Source of the DNA: a virus
Lineage: Duplodnaviria > Caudoviricetes
Direction: 5' to 3' (one strand)
DNA length: 52,359 nucleotides
Virus record (IMG/VR): IMGVR_UViG_3300027365_000018
Location: 1 to 52,359 of that record
Below are positions 1 to 9,900 of this stretch, in pieces. A model generated the notes under the pieces. That model saw only the letters and a list, made by a program, of their open reading frames with translations. It was not told where the DNA came from and ran no database searches. Positions within the stretch are counted from its first letter, which is position 1; the number at the start of each line of letters is the position of its first letter. The position numbers and the translations under genes are program-made.

Positions 1-530
1 ATTACGACATGTCGCTGGCGATTCAGTGGCTCTATCTCATCGAGAACGCCACGATGGACAGCCAGACCGCCACGGGTCAGGGCAACGTCAACGGCTCGGC
101 AGCGCTCAATGTCGATGATGCGACGGTTGCCCAGGCCACATACCGAGGCATCGTCGGGCTCTGGGGCAACGTCTGGCAGTGGATTGACGGTGTGCGCACA
201 CTAAATAGTGTGATCGAGCGGCGCAGCTACAACGGTGCGTGGACCAGCACTGGCGAGAGCGTGCCGAATGGTGGTTCGACGCAGTACCCAATCACGTTCC
301 GCGCGACCGGTGATGAGTCATGGATTGCCAACACATACAGCACTGCCAACGACTCAACGGCGACGTTGCCTGACTACCGCTACTGGCGCGGGTCCGGGGA
401 GTATTACCCCTGCGTCGGCGGCAACTGGAGCATTGGCGCGAATGCCGGGCTCTGGGCAGTGTACTGCCCCAACGCCGCCTCGTACTCCTACTCGAGCATC
501 GGAAGCCGTCTCGCGAGGGTGGTGTCATGA
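1..530 (+). CDS. DGR target protein: C-terminal C-type-lectin-fold domain of a tail fibre/receptor-binding protein (5'-truncated by window edge)
   Basis: Frame is open from the window start (..YDMSLAIQWLYLIE..). It carries GLWGNVWQWIDG and GGNW..A.AG..N..S..IGSRL motifs typical of DGR CLec targets and contains the VR at its 3' end. Confidence 0.85.
   Translation, partial: YDMSLAIQWLYLIENATMDSQTATGQGNVNGSAALNVDDATVAQATYRGIVGLWGNVWQWIDGVRTLNSVIERRSYNGAWTSTGESVPNGGSTQYPITFRATGDESWIANTYSTANDSTATLPDYRYWRGSGEYYPCVGGNWSIGANAGLWAVYCPNAASYSYSSIGSRLARVVS
407..517 (+). repeat. DGR variable repeat (VR)
   Basis: 111-bp ungapped match to 956-1066 with 9 mismatches, all at positions that are A in the other copy. 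Confidence 0.95.
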
Positions 531-551
531 GTCATGGCGCCATGAGTCATG
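526..551. promoter_or_regulatory. Palindrome/hairpin downstream of VR (putative DGR target-recognition cruciform)
   Basis: CATGA-G-TCATGGCGCCATGA-G-TCATG is a perfect 14-bp central palindrome extended by 5-bp arms, starting 8 nt after the VR. Confidence 0.6.
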
Positions 552-925
552 GAGTCGCGGCCGATAGGCCGCGCTCCCAGCTGCCGCCGATCGAGGCGCT
601 GCTGGTCAAGCTCGAGGAGCTCGACGACTACTCGCACATCGCGCTGCGCCAGTACCCCAAGCACGAGCGCCACCTGCTGGCGGCCGAGACGCGGGCCAGC
701 CTCGAGACGCTGCTGCGTCTGGCCATCGCCGCCTGGAAGCACTACCACAAGAAGACCACGCTGCGCGATCTCGACATCGAGGTCGCAGTGCTGCGCCATC
801 GCGTGCGAAAGGCCCAGCGGATGCGCTACATCACCCCGGCTCGCTACAAGGTGTGGGCGGGCCACATCGACGAGCTCGGCCGTATGGTTGGCGGCTGGAT
901 TCGTCACGAAAAGCACAAGCACTGA
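527..925 (+). CDS. avd: DGR accessory variability determinant (bAvd-like four-helix bundle)
   Basis: YPKHER..L, KKTTLRDLDIE..LR and ELGRMVGGW motifs; basic protein lying between target and TR. The start may be 527 or 542. Confidence 0.9.
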   Translation: MSHGAMSHGVAADRPRSQLPPIEALLVKLEELDDYSHIALRQYPKHERHLLAAETRASLETLLRLAIAAWKHYHKKTTLRDLDIEVAVLRHRVRKAQRMRYITPARYKVWAGHIDELGRMVGGWIRHEKHKH

Positions 926-955
926 GCAGCATGGGCATCCGCTCACTTCGACGTT

Positions 956-1066
956 CCCCTACGTCGGCGGCAACTGGAGCAATGGCGCGAATGCCGGGCT
1001 CTGGGCAGTGAACTGCAACAACGCCGCCTCGAACTCCAACACGAACATCGGAAGCCGTCTCGCGAG
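956..1066 (+). repeat. DGR template repeat (TR), non-coding RNA template
   Basis: A-rich copy of the VR (26 adenines, 9 AAY codons) between avd and RT. Confidence 0.95.
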
Positions 1067-1085
1067 CGACCGCAACGGCCAGAAG

Positions 1086-1107
1086 CGCCGGGCTCACGGG
1101 CCCGGCG
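1086..1107 (+). other. GC-rich hairpin in the TR-RT spacer (likely part of the DGR RNA)
   Basis: CGCCGGGC-TCACGG-GCCCGGCG inverted repeat. Confidence 0.45.
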
Positions 1108-1215
1108 ACAGCGCCTTATCCCTCGGGGCGGGTGTCCTCGCCGCAAGGCGAAACATCAACATGGCGCGGCGGCCGCCGGTGGCTGCGCCCCATTCATCTG
1201 CAGTAAGGGCATGAC

Positions 1216-2247
1216 GTGCCAACGCTGTACGACAGCATTATCGATTTCGACAACCTGGTGACGGCGTACCACGCCGCGCGAAAGGGCAAGCGCTACCGCC
1301 CGGAGGTGGTGCGCTATGCTGCCAACCTCGAAGAGCGCCTGATCAATCTGCACAACCACCTGGTGTGGCAGAGCTGGCGGCCCTCGCCGCCCCGCGAGTT
1401 CACGGTTCTCGAGCCCAAGATGCGCCAGATCCAGGCGCCGCCGTTCGAGGACCGCATCGTGCATCACGCCCTGGTCGATCTGGTCGAGCCGATGTTCGAA
1501 CGCCGCTTCATTCATCACAGCTACGCCTGCCGTCGCGGCAAGGGCACGCACGCGGCGATTCTCGCCCTGCAGAAGATGCTTCGTCGCTGCCGACGCCAGT
1601 GGGGCGCCGTCTATGTAGTGCAGGCCGACGTGCGGCAATTCTTCGCCAGCATCGATCATGACGCCGCCATGGCCAGCGTGGCCCGGGTGATCGACTGCCC
1701 GCGCACCCTGGCGCTGTGGCGCACGATCCTGAGCGGCTACGGCCACGAGGACGGCATCGGTCTGCCGGTGGGCGCGCTGACCAGCCAGCTGACCGCCAAC
1801 ATCACCCTCGACGGCGTCGATCACGAGATGACCGACGGCCACGGCGCGGGGCGTTACCTGCGCTACATGGACGACATCATCATCCTCTGCCCGAGCAAGG
1901 CCGAGGCCTGGAAGCGTTTCGAGCAGCTCGGCGAGGCGCTGGCCCGCCGCGGGCTCTCGCTCAATCCCAAGAGCCAGGTTCGGCCGGCCAGCGCCGGCGT
2001 GGACTGGTGCGGGTATCGCACCTGGTCCACCCACATTCTGCCGCGCAAGCGCAACGTGCGGCGGTTTCGTATCCGGTTGCAACAACTCCAGCGCCGCTAT
2101 GCCGCCGGCGAGGCGACGCTCGACGAGGTGAAACAGCAAGTGCATTGCCTGCTGGCCTACACCCAGCACTGTGATGCCTGGCGCACCACGACCAGCATCC
2201 TGAATCAGCTCACTCTGCACCGCGAGGTAGACCATGCAGATCATTGA
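1216..2247 (+). CDS. DGR reverse transcriptase
   Basis: 343 aa with FEDRIVHHAL, SYACRRGKGTH, DVRQFFASIDH, GLPVGALTSQ (DGR-type SQ) and RYMDD motifs; no maturase or endonuclease domain. Confidence 0.95.
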   Translation: MPTLYDSIIDFDNLVTAYHAARKGKRYRPEVVRYAANLEERLINLHNHLVWQSWRPSPPREFTVLEPKMRQIQAPPFEDRIVHHALVDLVEPMFERRFIHHSYACRRGKGTHAAILALQKMLRRCRRQWGAVYVVQADVRQFFASIDHDAAMASVARVIDCPRTLALWRTILSGYGHEDGIGLPVGALTSQLTANITLDGVDHEMTDGHGAGRYLRYMDDIIILCPSKAEAWKRFEQLGEALARRGLSLNPKSQVRPASAGVDWCGYRTWSTHILPRKRNVRRFRIRLQQLQRRYAAGEATLDEVKQQVHCLLAYTQHCDAWRTTTSILNQLTLHREVDHADH

Positions 2248-2752
2248 AACGACCGACGGCCGCGCCCTCGACTACTCGGGCCAGCAGATTCCGCTGCCCG
2301 CGCTCGCCACCGACGCTGTCGTTCATGTCTACGACACGCCCAGCGGCCCATGGGTCGGCATCCAGCGGCCCGGCGAGGATCGGCCGGTGTATGCGGGCAG
2401 TGGTGGCCAGCATGTTGGGCGGCTGGAACTGCCGGCGGATGCCGGTGCCGTCGCTGACCAGCAGGCCGCCGAGACGCGGCGGCGCCTGACCGACGTGATC
2501 CAGCACCACATGGACGCCGTGGCGCAGCAGCGCAACTACGACGGAATCCTAAGCCTCTGCACCTACGCGACCAGTACCAACGCCAAGTTCAGCTCAGAGG
2601 GGCAGGCTGGCGTTGAGTGGCGCGACGCGGTGTGGGATACCGGCTATCAACTGCTCGACGAGGTGCAAGCCGGCACGCGCGCGATTCCCACCGAGAACGA
2701 ACTGATCGGGCTGCTGCCGACGATGCAGTGGCCGGCGGCAACCACTGCCTAA
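2234..2752 (+). CDS. Putative tail-fibre assembly/accessory protein
   Basis: C-terminal block HMDAVAQQRNYDGILSLCTYATSTNAKF..EG....WRDAVW...IPT..ELI..LP..QWP resembles phage proteins found next to tail fibres. Confidence 0.55.
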   Translation: MQIIETTDGRALDYSGQQIPLPALATDAVVHVYDTPSGPWVGIQRPGEDRPVYAGSGGQHVGRLELPADAGAVADQQAAETRRRLTDVIQHHMDAVAQQRNYDGILSLCTYATSTNAKFSSEGQAGVEWRDAVWDTGYQLLDEVQAGTRAIPTENELIGLLPTMQWPAATTA

Positions 2753-2783
2753 CCCCTTCCCCGGCAAACCGTGAGGTTTCCCC

Positions 2784-3845
2784 ATGGCAGCATTCGATAG
2801 ACAAGCCTATTACGAAAACAAGGCGGCGCAGCTCAACAAGACCGGCGAAGACGGAAAGAGAAACTGGACCGTCGTGGATGTAAAAAACGCCTTCAAAGAT
2901 GCCGGCCTATCTGCCCAGGAGCACTATGCTCGGTATGGCAAGGATGAGGGCATTGCTACCACCTCGAGCCGCTCTACACCGCAGATTGTCACGCCCACCT
3001 TCGACACCAACACCTACCTGCAGAACAAGGCCAAGCAGCTTAACCAGACCTGGCAGGGCGGGCGCAACGACTGGACGGTCGATCAGGTGGCCAAGGCGTT
3101 TCAAGACGCTGGGCTCAGCGCGCAACAGCACTACGCGCGCTACGGCGCCGCCGAGGGCGTGTTGCCGTATGCCGAGGCGCAGCCCATGACGGTCAGCGCA
3201 TCGGCACCGCAATCCACCGTCTCGCCCAACCAGACCAGCCAGTACCAGCTCCAGCAGATGCTCGCCAGCGATTCCCCGCTGATGCAGCAGGCCGCCATGC
3301 GCGGCCGCCAGAATGCCGCCTCCCGCGGGTTACTGAACTCGAGCATGGCCAGCCAGGCCGCGCAGGGCGCGATGATCTCTGCCGCCACACCGTTCGCCCA
3401 GCAGGATGCCCACACCTACTTCCAGAACAGCCAGGCCAACACCGATCGCCAGCAGCAGGCCTACATGTCGAACCTGCAGTACCAGCAGCAGCGTGGCCTG
3501 AATCAGCAGCAGTTCGATCAGTCGTTGCAGCAGATGGCCCAGCAGTACGGCTACGATTCGGCGCTCTCGACCCAGTCCGCCGATCAGGCGTTGAACAACC
3601 TCAAGGCCACCTCGACGGCCAACGCCTGGGGCGTGTACGCCAATAACGTCACCGACCTGATCGGCCAGGCCTCGAACGCCATCCAGCAGATTCAGGTGAA
3701 CCCGGACATCACGCCCGAGAACAAGTCAGCGATGATCCAGCAGATCCTCGACCAGCGCGACACCGACCTGTCGTTCCAGCAGGACCTCTACGGAAGCCTG
3801 AGCAGCTATCTCGACAACACCGGCGTTTTCCCCAACCTCGCCTGA
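2784..3845 (+). CDS. Putative virion/ejection protein with two N-terminal ~55-aa repeats
   Basis: 353 aa, Q/A-rich with an ASRGLLNSSMA motif; lies after the tail module and is preceded by a GAGG RBS. Confidence 0.6.
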   Translation: MAAFDRQAYYENKAAQLNKTGEDGKRNWTVVDVKNAFKDAGLSAQEHYARYGKDEGIATTSSRSTPQIVTPTFDTNTYLQNKAKQLNQTWQGGRNDWTVDQVAKAFQDAGLSAQQHYARYGAAEGVLPYAEAQPMTVSASAPQSTVSPNQTSQYQLQQMLASDSPLMQQAAMRGRQNAASRGLLNSSMASQAAQGAMISAATPFAQQDAHTYFQNSQANTDRQQQAYMSNLQYQQQRGLNQQQFDQSLQQMAQQYGYDSALSTQSADQALNNLKATSTANAWGVYANNVTDLIGQASNAIQQIQVNPDITPENKSAMIQQILDQRDTDLSFQQDLYGSLSSYLDNTGVFPNLA

Positions 3846-3855
3846 GGAGGCAATC

Positions 3856-4191
3856 ATGGACTGGAGCAGCATTGGCACCGCCGCCAGCGATGCGGCAACC
3901 GCGACCGCCGACGCGGCCGGCGGCCTGTTCGACACCCTGGGCGACTACACCACCACCGCCTTCGACTGGATCAACGACAACCCCGAGGCCGCCAACGTGA
4001 TCGGCGGTGTGATGAGCGGCATCGGCAGCTACTACGCCCAGAAGGACCAGCAGGCGTGGAAGGAGAAGATGTATCGCCGCCAGCGAGCCGACCAGATGGC
4101 CAACCCGGGCACGATCGAGAACTACGGCTCCTATGTCGGCACCGCCAAGAAGGGGCTACTGACCAACGGCCAGATCGCGGGAGGTGAGTGA
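3856..4191 (+). CDS. Putative small ejection (pilot) protein
   Basis: GAGGAGG RBS; G/A-rich 111 aa in the ejection-gene cluster. Confidence 0.55.
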   Translation: MDWSSIGTAASDAATATADAAGGLFDTLGDYTTTAFDWINDNPEAANVIGGVMSGIGSYYAQKDQQAWKEKMYRRQRADQMANPGTIENYGSYVGTAKKGLLTNGQIAGGE

Positions 4192-5243
4192 TGGGCTGGG
4201 CGGATTCGGCAACCGGCGGCGGGTACGGCGGCGGCAGCGACAGCAGCTCCGACCGTGACAACGACACCGACACCGGCGGTTATTCCAGAGGATTCGGTGC
4301 CGAGGTCGATACTGGTGGCGTGGCCCGAGGCGGAGGCAGCCAGACGTCGGCACGGTCCAGCCAATCAAACGGCACCGGCTCGGCCTCGACCGGCGACGCC
4401 GCCGCTGACAGCGGCTACAGCCGCGGCTTTGCGCGCGACGTTGCCGCTACCCCGAGCCAGAGCATCTCCAGCGGCTCGATCGCCAGCATGGACGAGATGG
4501 CAGCCCAGGCGGAGAAGTCGTTCCTCGACCGCACGAGCCTCGAGACCTACACCGGCATGCAGCGTGACTACAACCCGTCGGCCAACCTGAGCCGCGCCGA
4601 GAGCATGGTCGAGACCATCGCCCAGCGCACCGACCGCAAGCCTGGCCAGGTCGGCGACATGATCGGCCGCGAGAACTTCGGGCAGATGACCGATGGGGAC
4701 CTGTCAGCAGCTTATGGCGGCGTCCAGCAGGCATCGCAGCCGCACGGCCTGCTGTCCACGGCACAGAACGTCGCCACCAGCTTTCTCGGCCCGGCCGGGG
4801 TCGCTGTGGACACCGCCATCGATTCGGTGGTGGGTGGAAAGCGTGCGGCCGATACGCTCGGCGCGCTCAACGACCAATACGGCACGGACTTCAACGACAG
4901 CCTGGCCGACAATATCGGCCGGCAGGCAGCGGCCAACACCCTCGGCACGGTGACCAGCATGGGTCTGTCACGCTTCGGTGCCGATGCAGGGTTCGACCTG
5001 GCCGGCATCAACGGCGCACGCCTGGGCGGTCTGTTGGGTAACGCGGCCGGCGATCAGGTCGGCGACATGGCACTGAGCGACCCGGGCAGCCCGACGTCAC
5101 CCAACCCAACCGATGCCGGCAACACCCAGCCCCGCGGCCTGCTGGCCAGCGCGACACCCACCACCAAGACCACACCGGCAGCGAACTACGGCCCGGCTGA
5201 CTTCGACGGCTACGCGAGTTACGCTGAATCCTTCTTTGGTTGA
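4188..5243 (+). CDS. Hypothetical G/S/A/D-rich protein, putative ejection protein
   Basis: 351 aa, overlaps the upstream stop, GGAGG RBS, glycine-zipper-like segments. Confidence 0.55.
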   Translation: MMGWADSATGGGYGGGSDSSSDRDNDTDTGGYSRGFGAEVDTGGVARGGGSQTSARSSQSNGTGSASTGDAAADSGYSRGFARDVAATPSQSISSGSIASMDEMAAQAEKSFLDRTSLETYTGMQRDYNPSANLSRAESMVETIAQRTDRKPGQVGDMIGRENFGQMTDGDLSAAYGGVQQASQPHGLLSTAQNVATSFLGPAGVAVDTAIDSVVGGKRAADTLGALNDQYGTDFNDSLADNIGRQAAANTLGTVTSMGLSRFGADAGFDLAGINGARLGGLLGNAAGDQVGDMALSDPGSPTSPNPTDAGNTQPRGLLASATPTTKTTPAANYGPADFDGYASYAESFFG

Positions 5244-5264
5244 TCTCGCCGGGAGGCGACACAC

Positions 5265-5918
5265 ATGCCAGGACTTCTCGCCCAGGGCGCAAGCCCGCAG
5301 CAGCAACCCCCGCAACCCGCGCCCCAGCCTCGCCAACAGCAGCCCGAACAGGGCGGGCCCGAACAGAGCGACCCGCGCGTCGATGTCGATCGCCAGCAGG
5401 GCCAGCAGATGTACAACGCCGTTGTCGAGGCGATGCTTAAGTACCTCTACGGCCCCGGCCTCAAGCCGGTCGAGCAGGCACTTGGCCAAGGCGACAACAT
5501 CGTCGAGCGCATGGGCGTGGTGATCTCCACCGTCATGCTCACCATCCAGCAGTCCCTTGCCGCCCAGGGCAAGACCGTGCCGCCCGGGGTGATGTTCCAG
5601 GCCGGCATGGAGCTCGCCAAGGCCGTCGGCGAGATGGCGATGGAGATGGGCCGGCTGAGCAAGGCCGACAACGCCGACGCCATCGAATCCGCCTTCATGG
5701 CCGCCATGGGTCGCTTCGGCCAGCTCGTCAGCGATGCCGCGATGACCCGGGAGCAACGCCAGCGCTACGCCGAGCTGATCCGCACCGTGCGGGAGCTCAA
5801 GCAGCGCGCCGGCCCGCGCGAGACGCAGGAGCCGCGCCGCCAGGAGCAGGGCGAACCGATGGGGCAGGAGGCGCGCGAGGCGCCGATGCCTCGCCAGCCG
5901 ATGCAAGGGGGTATGTGA
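5265..5918 (+). CDS. Hypothetical protein in ejection cluster
   Basis: 217 aa, GGAGG RBS, phage-like codon usage, operonic position. Confidence 0.6.
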   Translation: MPGLLAQGASPQQQPPQPAPQPRQQQPEQGGPEQSDPRVDVDRQQGQQMYNAVVEAMLKYLYGPGLKPVEQALGQGDNIVERMGVVISTVMLTIQQSLAAQGKTVPPGVMFQAGMELAKAVGEMAMEMGRLSKADNADAIESAFMAAMGRFGQLVSDAAMTREQRQRYAELIRTVRELKQRAGPRETQEPRRQEQGEPMGQEAREAPMPRQPMQGGM

Positions 5919-5919
5919 G

Positions 5920-6927
5920 ATGGCCGGACTACTCGGGGCCGCGATGGCCGGGGCGGGCGAAGCCGTCCAGACCAACGCCCGGACGCAGATCAAGGCGCAG
6001 AAGGAAGCGGCGCTGATGGACCTGCGCAACCGCTACGCCATGCAACGCCAGAACGATCAACAGCAGTTCACGGCGGGCGAGAATCAGGCTGACCGTCAGC
6101 TTCGCCGAGATGAAGGGCAGGCCGATCGCCAGCAGCGTGCGAACCTCGCCGCCCAGCAGCAGGCCGGCGCCCAGTCGCGCACCAATGCCGGCGGCTGGAC
6201 GGTCGTTCCCAAGCAGGGCGGTGGCTATCAGCGCTTCAACACCATCACCGGCGAGACCGGCGATGTGCCGGAGGGCATCAACCCCACTGGCGGCCAGATC
6301 ACCAAGCGCCAGGAGCTGATGTTCAAGCAGTACGGCGACCAGATCGAGCAGATCGACAAGCGCCTCAACGACTCCAGCGCCATGCTTGACGATCAGCAGC
6401 GTGCCGAGCTGAAGGCCCAGCGCAACCGGCTGGAAAGCCAGCAGCAGCAGATTATCGGCATGCAGGGCCAGCAGGGCGGCGGCGACCTGGCATCGCGCCT
6501 GGCGAATCAGCTCAACCTGCCGGCGGATGGCGGCAAGCCGGCGCCGCAGGGTGGTCAACAGGGCAGCCAGTCATCAGGGCAGAACGACAACTTCCAGTCG
6601 GCCGTCGAGCGCACTCAGCAGAACCGTCAGGCCCAACAGGCGCAGCAGCAGACCGAGCAGCGCCAGGCGAGGATCGAGAGCCAGGTGGACGACGTCACCG
6701 CTCAGGTTCAGTCGATTTTCGGGCAGGACGTTCGCAAGGGGCTGCTCGGCATCAGCAGCCGGGCAGTCGGGATGAGCGACGCCGACAAGCAGCAGAAGGG
6801 CCGCGAACTGCTCAACCAGATGCGCGCCCTGTACAATGATCCCAACACCTCGGAGTTCCAGCGCCGGCGCATCGCCGAGCAACTGGACACGCTGGCCAAC
6901 GCCGGCATCTCGATCGAAGACTTCTAA
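5920..6927 (+). CDS. Q-rich coiled-coil protein, putative ejection protein
   Basis: 335 aa, MAGLLGAAMAGAGEA N-terminus, immediately upstream of the giant gene. Confidence 0.6.
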   Translation: MAGLLGAAMAGAGEAVQTNARTQIKAQKEAALMDLRNRYAMQRQNDQQQFTAGENQADRQLRRDEGQADRQQRANLAAQQQAGAQSRTNAGGWTVVPKQGGGYQRFNTITGETGDVPEGINPTGGQITKRQELMFKQYGDQIEQIDKRLNDSSAMLDDQQRAELKAQRNRLESQQQQIIGMQGQQGGGDLASRLANQLNLPADGGKPAPQGGQQGSQSSGQNDNFQSAVERTQQNRQAQQAQQQTEQRQARIESQVDDVTAQVQSIFGQDVRKGLLGISSRAVGMSDADKQQKGRELLNQMRALYNDPNTSEFQRRRIAEQLDTLANAGISIEDF

Positions 6928-6954
6928 GCCCACGCCAGTCGGGAGACTCGCTGC

Positions 6955-9900
6955 ATGCCCCTTCTCGAAGACCTGCGCGCGCAGGATCCGCGCCTGAAAT
7001 CCGTGCCCGACGAGCAGCTGCTCGGTGCGCTGGCCCAGCAGCCCGAGTTCCAGGGGCTGAGCCCGAACGAACTCAATGCACTGGCGTACGGCCAGGGTGG
7101 CAAGCCCGAACAGTCGGAGCCCGGCTTTACCGCGGGTCTGTCCGCCGGCATCGATCAGACCCAGGCCATGTTCGGTGGCCTGATGATGGCCGCCGGGCAG
7201 AAGTTCGGCGAGGAGTCGCTCTACACCGCCGGCAAGAACGTCTACCAGCGCAACATGGACGAGGCTCAGCAGAACGCGCTGGGCTACGGCTTCACCGACC
7301 TGTTCAGCGACCCGAACGCCTCCGCGCTGCAGTGGGCCAGCTACACCGCCGGCAACCTGCTGCCGACCATGGCTACCGCCGTCGCCGGGGGCGGCGTGGG
7401 CGGACTTGCCGCGCGCACCCTGGCCGGGGCCGCCGCCAAGCGCGCCGCTACCCAGGCTGGGCAGATGATCGGCACCTACGCCGCGTCTTCCGGCATGGAA
7501 ACCGGTTCGATCATGGGCGAGGTGGACAACGCCGACGTCGCCCTGGCCCATGGCTCCATCGCCGGCGCCCTCGACGCGCTGCCGGTTATCCGCGCGCTAC
7601 GCAAGGTTGGCGGCAAGGAGATCGCCGACCGCGCCACAAGCCAGATCGCCGACCGCACCCTGGCCGAGCTCAAGAAGACGGCTGGCCGGACAGTGAAGGG
7701 CGCTACCGGCAAGGGCATGCTGACTCAGGCTCTGGCCGAGTCATCGACGGAAGGCCTGCAGACGCTGATCGAGCAGAACGCCGCCTACTGGGTGCAGACC
7801 AACGGCGACACCCTGCTCAACAACCTGGGCGATGCCAACTGGAAAGAGGTCATCGACGCCGCAGCGGCCGGCGGGCTGGGCGGTATGGCCATGGGCGGCC
7901 CGGCAGGTCTGGCCGAGCGCAGCCAATCGCGGCGCGCGCTCAACAATCTGCCCGCCGATCAGCAGGCCGAGGGCTCATCTTCCGACCTGCCACCGACCCA
8001 GCAGGGACCGGACGCCAACCCCGACCCCCTGGTGTTCGAGAACGCCAACGTGTCGCGCAACGACTGGGAGCAGGCCTGGAAGCAGCAGGCCCAGCGCTTC
8101 GACAACCAGCAGCGCCGCGAGCAGCAGTTCAAGGAACAGGCGATCTCGTCGGCCCAGCAGCAGACGGCAGCGGCTGGGGGCGACCCGCTGCAGCAGGCCA
8201 CCGCGGGGCTGCGCGCCGAACAGGCGGCGGAAGCGGCCACCGGCGACGCCCGCGCCGCCGAGACCAACCGCACCGCAGCGGATCTTGGCAACCGCATCCA
8301 GCTGGCCATGAACACCGCCGACGACCTGGCACCGCTGGCCCGGGGCAGCGATCAGGCCCAGACCCGCCTGCGCAACCTCAACAGCGTGCTCCAGCGCGCC
8401 GAGGCCGCCTATGCCGACGGCAACACCGAGCTGGCCAACCGCCTGACCGGCCGCGCCGAGATGATCGGCAACAACCTGACCCGCTCGCTCAACCGCCCCG
8501 GCACCCGCGAGCGCCCGGCGACCGGCATCTATGAGCAGGCCCCGCCGTTCGGTGGGCTGCTGGGCCAGGACCGCGCCAACCGCCTCGAGGCGCCCGACCC
8601 CAGCATCATCAACATGGGCGGCCCCACCGCCGACACCACCCAGTACGAGCCACAGGCGCGCAACGTCCGCCGCGACCAGCGCATGACCGATCAGCAGCAA
8701 GGCGCCCGGCGGATGCGCGAGCAGGCCAATGGCCCCGCGCAGATAACCGACCAGGGCGTGGTCTACGGCCAGGGCCCCGTCGCCGGCAATGCCAACACCG
8801 GCATGGACCAGCCGTTCGAGCGGGCGCGGTTCACGGATACCGGCGCCCGGGACAATGCCGCCGTCGAGCGTGCGCAGAACCAGCGCCAGGCCGAACGGGC
8901 GGCCGAGATCGCCCGCACCCGCGGCCCGGCCGAGACTGCCTACCTGCCCGACAACACCCCGGTTCGCACCCGCTACCGGGTGATGGACCTCGCCGACCTG
9001 ACGCCCTCGAACACCGAGGATGGCCGCGTCAATCCGCGCTTCCCCGCCGAGCTGCAGCCGCGCGACCGCACCAACGCCAACAGCCAGGTACAGGTGCGCA
9101 ACATCGCCGCCAACCTCAACCCCGAGCGGCTGGGCCGCAGCCAGGATGCCGCCACCGGCGCCCCCATCGTCGGCGGCGACGGTGTGGTCGAATCCGGCAA
9201 CGGTCGCACCATGGCGATCGCCCAGGCCTACCGCCAGGGCAACGGCGAGGCCTACCGGCAGTACGTCAGCCAGCAGGCCGAGGCCATGGGCATGGACCCG
9301 GCCGCCGTGGCCGACATGCAACAGCCGGTGCTGGTCCGCGAGCGGGTGACCAACGTGGACCGCGCCGACTTCGCCCGCCGCGCCAACGAATCCACCGTGG
9401 CCGGCATGACCGCCTACGAGCAGGCCAGGGCCGACGCCGACGCGCTGAGCGCCGCAGACGTCCAGCAATGGAACCCGGACCAGTCCGGCGACCCGCTGGC
9501 GGCCAGCAATCGCGCCTTCCAGCGTCGCTTCGTCCAGCGCCTGGGCAACAACGAGACCAGCCGCTACACCACCCGCGACGGTCAGGCCAGCCCCGAGCTG
9601 GGCCAGCGCATGCAGCGCGCCGTGTTCGCCAAGGCCTACAACGACAGCGACATGGTCGAGATGGTCACCGAGCAGGGCGACGCCATGCGCAACCTGACCG
9701 GTGCCCTGCAGGAAGCCGCCGCCGATCTGGCCGCGGCCCGAGAAACCGGCAGCGAGGACGCGCTGACCGCCATCGGCACTATCAACGACGCCGTGCGTCT
9801 GGTGCGCCGCTCCCGGCAGGACGGCACACCCATCCGCGAACTGACCAGCCAGCAGGACGTGTTCAGCGAGCCCGTGCCGCCACTCACCGCCGACCTGGCC

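Noticed and set aside
549-1214. 221-aa ORF containing a second copy of the CLec motif (GGNWSNGANAG)
   Set aside because: This is the TR read in the VR frame, overlapping avd out of frame. The TR functions as RNA.
1216-2247. Group II intron or retron RT
   Set aside because: The SQ motif, size, adjacent avd and the TR/VR pair identify a DGR RT; no maturase domain or msr/msd was seen.
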